From assembly GCA_964016885.1 (NCBI GenBank), contig OZ024740.1, positions 744,001-808,000 on the forward strand: a stretch of 64,000 bases of DNA, given 5' to 3'. Numbering within the stretch: position 1 is the stretch's first letter; each line of letters begins with the position of its first letter. The translations under genes and the position numbers were made by a program. Positions 40,201 through 52,200 of this stretch are shown piece after piece. The notes under the pieces were generated by a model. It was not told the DNA's origin. It saw only the letters and a list, made by a program, of their open reading frames with translations, and ran no database searches. Origin of the DNA: Eledone cirrhosa. Lineage: Eukaryota.

Positions 40201-43200
40201 GTACAAACCCAAATTGCATCTCGTCTATATTCACCCGGTCCCTAATCAGCTGTGCTATAACTCTTTCTGTTACTTTCATGACCTGGTCCATTATTAATGT
40301 GTTTTATCTACGTATTCTACTTTTATCTATCTATGTCTTTTTTATTCCTTGTACTCACTTGTACCCACAACACTAGAATATCTCCCCCTGAGAACAACAA
40401 TACCTATTACCCGGACTATCTGGGGACCTAGATATAGTCTATTTGCGCTTTTCATTGAGTTTTACAATTGATTACACACGATGATCCGACTGGTGTGGTG
40501 GTTTTCCTGGCTGTGAGACCGGCCTCCTGGTGCATGGGCCAACCTTAAGTGCTTGGAAAAATAAATTTCCCCTTCTTTCGGTATATGAAATAACTCGGAG
40601 CAGCTTGATTCGCCCTGGGGCCCGCTGCGCAGCCATTTTTTGACCGCACTATATATACCTCTGCTAAGATACGGGTCCTTTAGAATAACTTTTTTCGCGG
40701 CAATTCCTGGCCTGACTGTAGCATGGCATTAATGCTGACTTTTCTTCCTCTTTCTTTCTGTCTTTTTTCTTGTAGCATGACATTAACGCTGACTTTTCTT
40801 CTTCTTCCTGTCTGTTTTTCTTCTCTTTGACCAGAAGGTTAGTAGCACACTATAAGCTTTAGCCCCCTCACCAGATAGCCTTAAGTAGGCTGAATGGGCA
40901 ACACTTGAGGGCGACCGGCTAAAGTGGAAGATGCTAGATGGTTGGTTGTCCTCGGTCTACGATTTTCAGCCCCATGGATTTTATCTGTTACATTCATTTA
41001 TTATATTTAGAATACCTGATGATATCACCGGATTCATACGCAACCCGGTCATAGTATAATAAACCTTTCAAGGATTTACACAAGTCCAGCCTCCTGTTAT
41101 TTTATTATAATATATATATATCATCACTGCTTAACATCCATTTCTCCACGCTAGCATGGGTTAGAGTGATTGTCCCATTTGAGGCAAGTTGGGTCAGGTG
41201 ACTGTGTCTTGCTCACACAGAACTCTTTCTGGCTTGGTTTCTATGCCTAGATGCCCTTCCTAACACCAACCACATTTAAATTGTGGGCTGGGTCATGACA
41301 CCTACATTTACCACCTGGTGTGGTGTGTGTGTGTGTATGTGTGTGGGTGTATGTGTGTGCGCACATGTGTGTGTGTGTGTGTGTGCGCGCGTGTTTGTGC
41401 ATGTGTTTGTGTGTGCATGAAACAGCCAATACAAAACATAATCCATTTATAAGATACATTGCTGTCCTCTTACTGTAGCCATGTTCAATAAGACAGCCAA
41501 TACACTATATAATCCATTAATAAGATACAATAACTATAATGCTGTCCTGTTGTTGTAGCCATGTTCAAGAAGAGAGCCAATACACAATAACTATAATGCT
41601 GTCCTCTCTATTGTAGCCATGTTCTAGAAGAGAGCCAATACACAACATAATCCAGAAGTCTATTAATGATTTATGCCAACGTTTTGTGAATCTTGGAATA
41701 CTGAAAAAAGAACACTACAGTGAAGGAAGACTATTTGGTTCTGGTAGAGTTTTTCTAATGATTCTAACCGTTTTGTTAATCCAATCAGTCATAGAGGGCA
41801 GCACCAACAATGGGATGAGGAATTAAGGGGTTCTCTGTAGCAGCAACCTGGTGCAGTCTGCAACTAATCCAGGCTCTGCTGCACTTTGGGCCAAGGAACG
41901 TAAACTCTCCAAATATCAGTCGCTCTCCAACAGGTTTGTAGTCGAACCCATAGCAGTGAAGGCTTCTTGAGTCCTTGGCCCTAGGACCACCTCCCTACTC
42001 ACCACCATCAGCATGGAGTTGGCTGCCTGCAGGTTTGAGTCTTGCAAGCTGGAATGGCTCTTCCAACGTGTCTCTCTCACCATCCTCCAGGGAAATGCCT
42101 TTTCTATTCTATCTACTGGGACCGCGTGGTGGCCCGAGTGTGGCCTCCCATTTGCTTATAATAGTAAGAGATGGGGAGAGATGGAGGCAGTGACTATACC
42201 AGCATTGCTGAATTATTTTGTAGAAATCACTTAACTTTTAAGTTAAATGATTTCATTTCTACATAGCTTTCTAACTTCAATTATGTATATAATAGTTGTT
42301 GACTCTAACCCTTTGTTAATCCAACCAATCCTAGAGGGCAACACCAACCATGTTGACTATACTCCACTGTAAGAACTGTTATTGTGTTATTGTTTCACTC
42401 TGTTCAGGCCAAGTTCAAGGAGTTTATATTGATAATCATTGATATGACTATATTAATTTGTAGGTATCAGGTAAAGTTTGCCTTTCATTTTTTTGGGGCC
42501 GATAAAAACAATACTATATCTCTATCGCAAATTTTGAGTTCAACAATGTTACCACCCCTTAAGGGCTTAAGGGTGGTGGTTTGACAGAATTAGTAGAGCA
42601 TCAGGTAAAATACTATTGTGGTATTTGTTCTGGCTCTTTACATTCTGAGTTCAAATCCTGTGAAGGTCAACTTTGCCTTTCCTCCTTCTGAGGTTAATAA
42701 AATGAAGTATCAGTCAAATACTTTGGTTGATTTAAGCAATTTTGCCCTTTCCCCGAATTTGCTGACCTTGTGCCATGATTAGAAATCAATATAAACAGGG
42801 TGTCCCAAAAAAACCTGTTGAAGTGTGTATGCATTTTTTGGAACATCTTGTATATTCTATATATTTTTATTTAACGATCAGATAAATTAACCGCATGTGA
42901 AGTAATTTGTCATTCCAACCCAAGATTGAAAACTGACCGATTGAATAGATATGGTTTACTTCCTGATGGAACTCCGTGTGAACTTCCTGGGTCTTACCTT
43001 GATCCAATGAGATGGAAAAAGAAGGCAATTTGTATCAATGGGGCCTGTGAAGTAAGTTTGTAGAACATTTAATATTTTCTTTGAGATTTGCTGAGTAAAA
43101 TTGTGAAGTTGTGTGGCCCAGTGTGTAGGTCTTATCTCATGATTGTAAGGTCATGTGTCGGATCTCCATACTGGGTCGTACTTTGTATCCTTGAGCAAGG

Positions 43201-46200
43201 TATTTCATTTCACATTACTCCAGTTCATTTCTGTAAACAACTGAGTATCACCATCAGGCATCCTTTACTCTCAGATACTTAGTATCTCATGAAATTAGGA
43301 TAAGCTCTGATCTAATGGCCCTCTAGCCTCAACAATGACTTTAAAAAAAGGTAAAATCTGAAGCATTACTAAACAGAAAGTCTTGATGTGTTAGGCTGGT
43401 TTTAATGGCGGGCAAAGGGGAAGATTTCCCCAGGCCCCTGCAGTGGTGGTGGTAGGGGGGGGGGGGGGCACCAGCAATTTATTTGTGCCCTCAGCTAGGC
43501 TTTTTAGTTTTAGGATGGTTAGAATTTTTGTTTTTAAAACCTGTATGTATAACTTTTCAATTCCAATTACTTGAGTCAAGATAACTTTGATATGTAAAAT
43601 TGGGGAGTCTGCTGTGTATTCTAATATTTTGTGTATGAGGGGCCCCACAAACTTGAAATGCCCCAGGCCCTTCAATGTCTAAATCCGACTCTGGGTAGAA
43701 GTGAAATTTCTGATCTGTTTAATTCTTTAAGATTGAAATGAAGTCTTGAGATTTTGAGAAATATTTACACTTATATTTTACTTTACTATTCAGCAACTTA
43801 GTAAATTGGCAGAGTTGTTAGGTTATTGGACTAAATGCTTCACAGAATTTATTGCAGTTCTCTGACCTTTGAGTTCAAACCCTACCTAGCTCAACTTTAC
43901 ATTTCACTCTTTTGAAGCTGATCAAAGAAAAGTACCAGTCCAGAACAGTGGATTTGTCTATTTCAAATCTTACCCTACTCTCTTCAAAAACGAAAACATT
44001 GGTTAATGTAATCCAAGATACATTATGGCTGAATGTAATGGGAAATGGTCATAGCTGGAAATCCTTTGATCATAGGTCTGCTGTATCAAAGTTAACCAGA
44101 GCTAAAAAGTAACAATAATTTATAGATTGGCCATCAATAATTCAATATTCTAGTGGGGTCAAGTATCTCTTTTCCACTCAGCGCTTCAGAAAACAGAAAC
44201 CAGTGTCGAGGAAGGATTTAGAGAAAAAAAGATACTAATATATATAAAAGAAATAAGATTTCGCTTCAAGCATAGCTTTATACAATACTAGCAGTGGTAC
44301 CCGGCGTTGCACGGGATAAGGTATTTTGGAACGCGGGCCGCCAACAGACTTAATCGTGGAAAAACTGCATGCCTGGACAATATGTCAAGAAAATAAACCG
44401 AATACTCTGATGGCTGGATAATCTAAGATTTTCCTCGATGAAGCTAGGAATTTTTTTTATGAGCATAATATGCCTTGAAATTTCAGGAAAATCGGCTAGA
44501 CGTAATGCCTCAAAAAAGCCCTAAAAAGCTGAAAGAAATTAAGTTTTTCACCTAATGCGGGCCCTAGGCCATAAAAAAGTTGGATTTTCTTTGCTTATGG
44601 TATGAAGAACAGACTGATTAATACATAGTTACAATTTCAAGGAAATCGGTCTGACGTAACGCCTCAAAAAAACCCTAAAACCTTGAAAAACGCAGTTTTT
44701 CACCTAATGCGGGCCCTAGGTGATCAAAAAATTTAATTTATTTTATGTGCATAACACTCCCTGGAATATAAGTAATACACATGTAAAGTTTGAAAAAGAT
44801 CATACACACATACATACATACATACATACATACATACATCCTTCCTCAGTTTTATATATATACATATATAGATTAAAATAACAGATTAAAGTTTAAGAAA
44901 AGAATCGTTGCTTTCACCCTTAACGGGATCTTCTGAAACTAAAAACATCAATCTGTGAACGCAGATGTAAATATTTTGAAAAACGTTGCAACTGAAGGAA
45001 AACAGGAAGACGATACTTTGGTTCGTGAAGACGTTCCCTGGCATTGAACGGATAATAGCGAACATAATACATCCCCAATGTTTGTCAGAATGTCGTCATG
45101 CAGACAGCCAGGCATACAGACATATATTATAAAAGTGCGACGGAGATGGATAACCGGCGCCTAACATCCCTTTAACAACAGAAAATTTAAAAATAAAAGG
45201 AATATATAAATGCAAGTGACTACATAATTATTGCTGGTGACCTAAATGGTCACGTTGGACAACATTGTGATGGCTATGACGGAATCCATGGAGGCTATGG
45301 GTTTGGTACTAGAAATGAGGAAGGCTCCAGAATCCTGGAATTCTGCGACGCAAATAACCTAACTATCTGTAATACTAACTTCAAAAAACGAGACAATCAC
45401 TTGATCACCTATAGATCAGGGGAACACACCAATCAGATAGATTATATCCTTACCGGAAGACGTGATAGAGTGTCTGTTGTAAACACTAAATCCCTCCCCC
45501 ATGAAGAATGCACCTCCCAACATAGACTCATAGTCAGGACAAGACGTACTCGACAACAGAGGAGGACTATCCTCAGGAGAAAAATATGGAAGCTAAAGGA
45601 CCCCACAGCCAGTAATAAATTTAAAAGCATATTACTTGATGCTTTCGACAATAAGGAAGAGCAATTAGAGTCGTACAATATAGAGGAACAGTGGGAATTC
45701 CTGAAAGCTAACCTGCTGAAGGCGGCAGATGAAGTTTGTGGCTGTAGCAGGCCTATAGGCAGGAGTAGAGTAACGTGGTGGTGGAGGAGTCAATTAAGGC
45801 AAAAAAGCAGGCTTGGAAAGCATGGCGGGATGGGGGAAGTAGAGAAGACTATCAAGTGGCCAGGAGGGAAGCTAGGAGACAAGTGTACTTCGCAAGAAGA
45901 GATGCAGAGGAAAGAAAGTTCAGGCATGTTCTACAACGCGAGGACCAAAAACGTGAGGTGTTCAGGATTGCTAGGCAATGTGTCAAGGAAAACCGTGATA
46001 TTGTCGGGGAGAAGTGTGTCCTTTATGATGATGGTGTACTTGCCATCACTGATGCTGATAAGAAGGTAGCTTGGAAGTGTCACTACGAAAGGCTACTAAA
46101 TGAGGAGAATAAATGGGAGAAAGACAGTCTCCCCCACATCAATCCAATAGAGGGACCAGCAGTGCGAGTTGAAGGTAGTATAATAAGTAAGGCAATCAAA

Positions 46201-49200
46201 GATATGAAGACGGGTAAGGCGGCCAGGCCTTCGGAAATAGTTGCTGAAATGCTGAAAGCATCTGGAATGGTGGGACACACTATGGTCACCCGGATAGTAA
46301 ACCAAGTCATACAGAATGGGGCCGTTCTGAAGGACTGGTGTAGCAGCATCATCATTAACTGCTACAAGGGTAAAGGAGATGCTCTTGATAGGGGTAACTA
46401 TAGAGGCATTAAATTAATCGACCAGGTCATGAAGGTCACAGAAAAAGTAATAGCGCAACTAATCAGAGAACGAATTGATCTAGATGAAATGCAGTTCGGG
46501 TTTGTGTCAGGTAAAAGTACCACAGACGCTCTTTTCATTGTACGACAACTACAAGAGAAGTACCTAGCTAAAAGTAAACCCTTATACTTAGTTTTTGTTG
46601 ACTTGGAGAAAGCCTTTGACAGAGTCCCCCTGCTCCATTATCTGGTGGGCGCTTAGAAAACTAGGTGTTGATGAATGGCTTGTGAGAGCTATACAAGCCA
46701 TGTATAAAGAAAAAGTCAGCAAGGTTAGAATTAACAACGAATATAGTGAAGAGTTTAGCGTAAAAGTTGGTGTTCATCAGGGCTCCGTTCTTAGCCCCTA
46801 CTATTTATTATTGCCCTTCAGGTTATAACAGAGGAGTTCAAGACCGGCTGCCCATGGGAACTCCTATATGCAGATGATCTAACGCTCATAGCTGAATCAA
46901 TGGCTGAACTAGAGAAGAAATTCCAAACATGGAAGCATGGCCTAGAATCAAAAGGCCTTAAAGTTAACTTGTCTAAGACTAAAGTTCTAGTTTGTAGGAA
47001 GGAAAACAGGGCACCGGTCCCATCTGGGAAATGGCCATGCTCAGTGTGTAGGAAAGGAGTAGGCAAAAACTCCATTTTATGTCCCAAATGCAAAGTATGG
47101 ATGCATAAAAGATGTAGTGGGATCACAGGTAAGCTAACTAAGAATATAGATTTTATATGTGGCCGGTGCTCTGGTGCAATAAGTAGCATCAAGTACCCAC
47201 TGAATACTAGCTCATTCCATTGCACAGATGGTACTATAGAAATAGTGGACAGCTTCCGTTACCTGGGTGACAAAATCAGCAGTGGGGGGGAGGGTGCTCT
47301 GAAAGTACAGTAGCTAGAGTCAGAACGGAATGTAAAAAGTTCAGAGAGCTTATACCACTATTGGCCGCTAAAGGGTTCTCTCTAAAAATGAAAGGCAGGC
47401 TGTATGATGCCTGCATACGAACAGCAATGTTACATGGCAGTGAGACCTGGGCATTGTGTGCAGAGGATATACACAGACTGGAGAGAAACGAAGCTTGCAT
47501 GCTCCGCTGGATGTGCAATAGTAATATACGTGAACGGCAAAGCATAAACGAACTAAGGGAGAAATTAGGAATAACAGGGATCAGATGTTGTTTACTCGAG
47601 AGAAGACTACGTTGGTACGGTCACGTGATGCGCATGAAAGACGACAACTGTATAAAAAAAGTGCAGGGCGATAAAAACAGACGGTAGCCACAGAGTAGGC
47701 AGACCCAGATAAACCTGGGATGACTTGATAAATTCCGACCTCACACACTTACACCTCTCCAAGACAATGTCACTGGACTGAGATCTTTAGCACTACACAG
47801 TCATACAGAAGACCCGCCTTGCCTAAGTACAAAGCGAAACCTACAGTCAATAGGCACCTCTAACAAAATACCCCACCGCATCCACACCACCCCTTTAAAT
47901 GTGAAGTTATGTTGGTACCACAACATCCAGTCCGAAACAAATGAGGTCGTGTAGGTGTCACGACAAAAAAAAACATACAGTCCACGCTGTAATGTGGTCG
48001 TGTAGGTAACAGGTTAAAAACCTCCCAGTCCACACTGTAAACATGGTTGGTGTTAGGAAGGGCATCCAGCCATAGAAAACCCGTAAGACAATCCTATACG
48101 TGCAGGACAACAAATCTTGCCTCAAGTGGGAAAACTCCCGTCCAAACCCATGCAAGCGTGGAACATGGACGTTAAACGATGATGATGATGATGATGATGA
48201 TGATTTGCAAAAATGAGGACACACACACACAGACACACAACATCAGTTTTATATATATAGATATAGATGTATAGAAATTTCGTATTTCTAAAGAAATACG
48301 GTTTTAGGAAGCTGTAGCTACGCAAACACCAGGGGAGGGGGGGGGCACTAATGCCCTCTGGTAGTGTCCAGCAGAAGCAAGGGGGACAACCGTCTATGCA
48401 TTTCAGGTTTGATTGGCCTTCATCAGGATGGTCCCTCCCACCGCTTGCTACTGCTGGACTTGAAAACAGTCGAGAATATATAGTTTTCTTGACTGTGTAA
48501 ATGAGGCGATTAATCTCATTTGTATATGAAGCTGCATAAGTTGGCTCAACTTATAATAGAAAAGAAATAAGATTTCGCTTCAAGCATAGCTTTATACAAT
48601 ATGTATAGAAATTTTGTATTTCTAAAGAAATACAATTTTAGGAAACCGTAGCTATGCAAACCTAAAGAATGGGTAGAAAATGGCAGAATTGGCAGAGTAT
48701 GGGACCAAATACCTTGTGGTATTTGGTTACATCTCTTAATATTTTGAGTTCATATTCCACCCAGATTATCTTTGCATTTAATCTTTCCATCTTCTTCTCC
48801 CACTTATTCCTGAGAGGGTCATGGGAACAGAATCCTCAAACACTTCTTCCAGAAGGTTCTGTCAGAAGCAACCGTCTCCAACTGATCTGACTGGATCCCC
48901 AAGTGAGACTAGTGAAGCTCATGGATGTTATCCAACCATCTTACTTGAGGTCTACCCCTGGGTCTCCTGCCGGTTGGTTTTTCCCGTAAAATCTGTCCAG
49001 CGATCCTTTCCTGAGACATTCTAACCACATGTGCATAGTGATCTATCAATTCAGAGAAGTAGCTGGTCTACCTGTGACACTCTCATCTCCGAGCTACACA
49101 CTCTATTGAGTAACATGACTCCAAAGATCCTTCGGAGGAACCCTAACCATTTGGAGTAAAATAAAGTAACGACCAAAGTACAGGAGTTGATATAATTGAC

Positions 49201-52200
49201 TATCATCATCATCATCATCGTTTAATGTCCATCTTCCACACTAGCATGGGTTAGACAGTTTTGTTCCATTTGATGCGGGAATGGTCGGAAGACCATGTCT
49301 CACTCATACAGAAGTGTTTCTGGCAGTTTTTTTATAGCTGGATGCCTTTCCTAACACCAACTACATTTACAGTGTGGACTATAGTCTTTTTACCATGTCT
49401 CCTACATGGCCACCTTACAGTATGGACTGTTGTGTCATTGACATAGTGGACAGAATGGGAAAGGGAGGACGGGGTAGGGGGTGTGGGGTGTATATATGAA
49501 AATAGTGCCCCAGTGTGGCCATAATCCAATGACTGCAACCATTACATATATATGACTTAAAGAGGTATCAACAATTACTTTTTAACATCATTCTTACACT
49601 TGAAAACAACTAATTGAACCGAGACAATTGTTTCATTATATTTCAGCCAATAGGATGTGATGGTCTCTTGTATGGTAAACAATTTGATGAATGTGGTGTT
49701 TGTGGTGGCCATGGTGATGCATGTGTGAAAATATCTGGGACTATTTTCTTGCCTGAACTCCCTGGTAAGTTACCATGTTCCACATCTTTTCTATGGTACC
49801 TCTGTCTTTAGTTGTCTGTATTTTGGTTTTGTTGATTCTTTTATGTTTTATGTTATTGTTGTTATGTATTGGGGTGGATTGGCAGCAATCGGTAGAGTGT
49901 CAGACAACATGCTTTTCGGCATAGAGTTATGGCCCTTTACATTCATTATGGGGCAGTGGCTTAGCAGAGTCATTAGAACAGTGGACAAAATGTTTCGCAG
50001 TATTTATTCCCATTCTTTATGTTCTGAGTTCAAATCCTGCTGAGGTTAGCTTTACTTTTCATCCTTACAGGGTTGATAAAATGAAGTACCTGTAATACAC
50101 TCTAAAAAGTTTAAAGCCTGTCTCAAGCCTGGAGGCTCATAAGGCCATTGCTAATCACAGTTTCCATGGTGTGAAGTAACTGAGAGTATAAGACTTCCCC
50201 CCTGGACAGGACGCCAGCCAATCGCAGAGTTAAACCCCCAGTTATTGCTGGTACTTGTATTTTTTTCCGCTGAGTATAATGGAGCAACATGAAATGAAGA
50301 GTTTTGCTTAAGAACACAACATGCAACCCAGCCCAGGAATGGAATCCACAACATTATAAGTCTAACAGTATTACCACTAGTCCACTGGGGTTGATTTAAT
50401 CCACTTTCTGCTCCCCGCAAAGTTGTTGGCCTTCTGCCTAAATCAGAAACCATTATTATGTTTTCTATGTTGTTTGATATATCCACATCTTCACTACCGC
50501 CCCTTGGTGGGGGCGTCGAGAAGGTTCAGAGGGCGCTAGGGCCTAACGGGGTGGTTGGGGTTGCCATGAATTTATTATTTATAATACTATTATAGTATTG
50601 TATATATATGCTATAATAGTATATTAAATATCAAAGGATACATATTATATATAAATATAATAAATTAAAAATTATATATTTATTTATGCATAGTATATAT
50701 TATATTATCTATTCATCATCATTCATCATTTCATTTTACGTCCGCTTTTTCCCTGCTTGCAAGGGTGGGACGGGAACTGATTCTGGCTTGATTTCTACAG
50801 CTGGATGCCCTTCCTAACACCAACCTCATTTACAGTGAGTGCTGGGTGCTTTTATGCCGTGGCACCTACACGTCCACTTTACAGCTGAGTAAACTGGAGC
50901 AATGTGAAATAAAGTGTCTTGCTCAAGGAAACAACACATCGCTCGGTCTGAGAATTGAACTCATAACCTTTCGATTGCAAGGCCAATGCTCTAACCACTA
51001 AGCCATGTGCCTCCATGTAGCCATGTGCCTCTATTATATCAAATAAATTAGTGATTTTATTTATTATATATTATTTACAATTTGCGTGTAGGTAGATCTC
51101 TCTGGAAATAGGGGCTGGGGGTGTAGAGGGTATTGTGTAGCTGTGAGATGGGGGGGGGGGGGGCAAAGGTTTGAGAACCTCTGTTTTATGATAACATACA
51201 CCCGTCTCTCGCTCCCATTCATGTAACTAGATGTTGTATGACAATGAGTGCTCCTCTTGATTCAATCACCAAAACAGCCTACTCATGAAATTAATGTGCA
51301 ATTGGCTGAGCACCCTTAACTTAGGGAGATTCAGCATAAGGCTGGCCTCTCAAATTACTGATACAACTCTGAGCACCCTTAACTTAGGGAGATTCAGCAT
51401 AAGGCTGGCCTCTCAAATTACTAATACAACTCTGAGCACCCTTAACTTAGGGAGATTCAGCATAAGACTGGCCTCTCAAATTACTGATACAACTCTGAGC
51501 ACCCTTAACTTAGGGAGATTCAGCATAAGGCTGGCCTCTCAAATTACTGATACAACTCTGAGCACCCTTAACTTAGGGAGATTCAGCATAAGGCTGGCCT
51601 CTCAAATTACTAATACAACTCTGAGCACCCTTAACTTAGGGAGATTCAGCATAAGACTGGCCTCTCAAATTACTGATACAACTCACTTTTGCCAGCTGTG
51701 TGGACTGGAGAAATGTGAAATAAAGTGTTTTGCTCAAGGACAACAATGCACCATCAAGGCTGTGAGCCAAACACCTTAAACCAGGCATGTGAAACTGAGG
51801 GTCTTCCGAGGGCCACATGGGTCACATATGAGTTGTCTGAGGGCCACACATGACAACTAATATTTCTTATTTTATATTACACTCGTGCTGTAAAAACCTT
51901 TGTGTGGACTGCAGGTGTGCTTGTAAAGGGCTGCATGTGGCCTGCGGGCCACATGTTTGACATGCCTGCCTTAACCACTAAGCTACATATACAAAGGTAG
52001 GCTGAATAGTTCATAGGCTGATTATGAAGTAAGGCTATGAAATCTTGCATGCATTAATTTCAAACCTTTTTATTAATAATTTCATTGTTTTTTTTCTAGG
52101 AACTATGTTGAAAAATATACTTCATTTGGTCATTCCATGAGAGTATCTTGGTCAGCCTATGAACCTTTCAGCGAACCCTTGTATACCTTCACACTTTAGG

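Larger units (their letters stand above)
37216..41113. mobile_element. Penelope-type pseudo-LTR / non-autonomous element in inverted arrangement, interrupted by an RTE
   Basis: 37346-37822 is inverted at 40648-41113, and 38386-38470 at 40563-40647; (TA)n flanks; carries a hammerhead. Confidence 0.7.

Noticed and set aside
52100-52150. Possible extra exon after tttttctag
   Set aside because: The required phase-1 frame reads GTMLKNILHLVIP-stop, and exon O joins exon P cleanly. It lies next to a mariner-like remnant.
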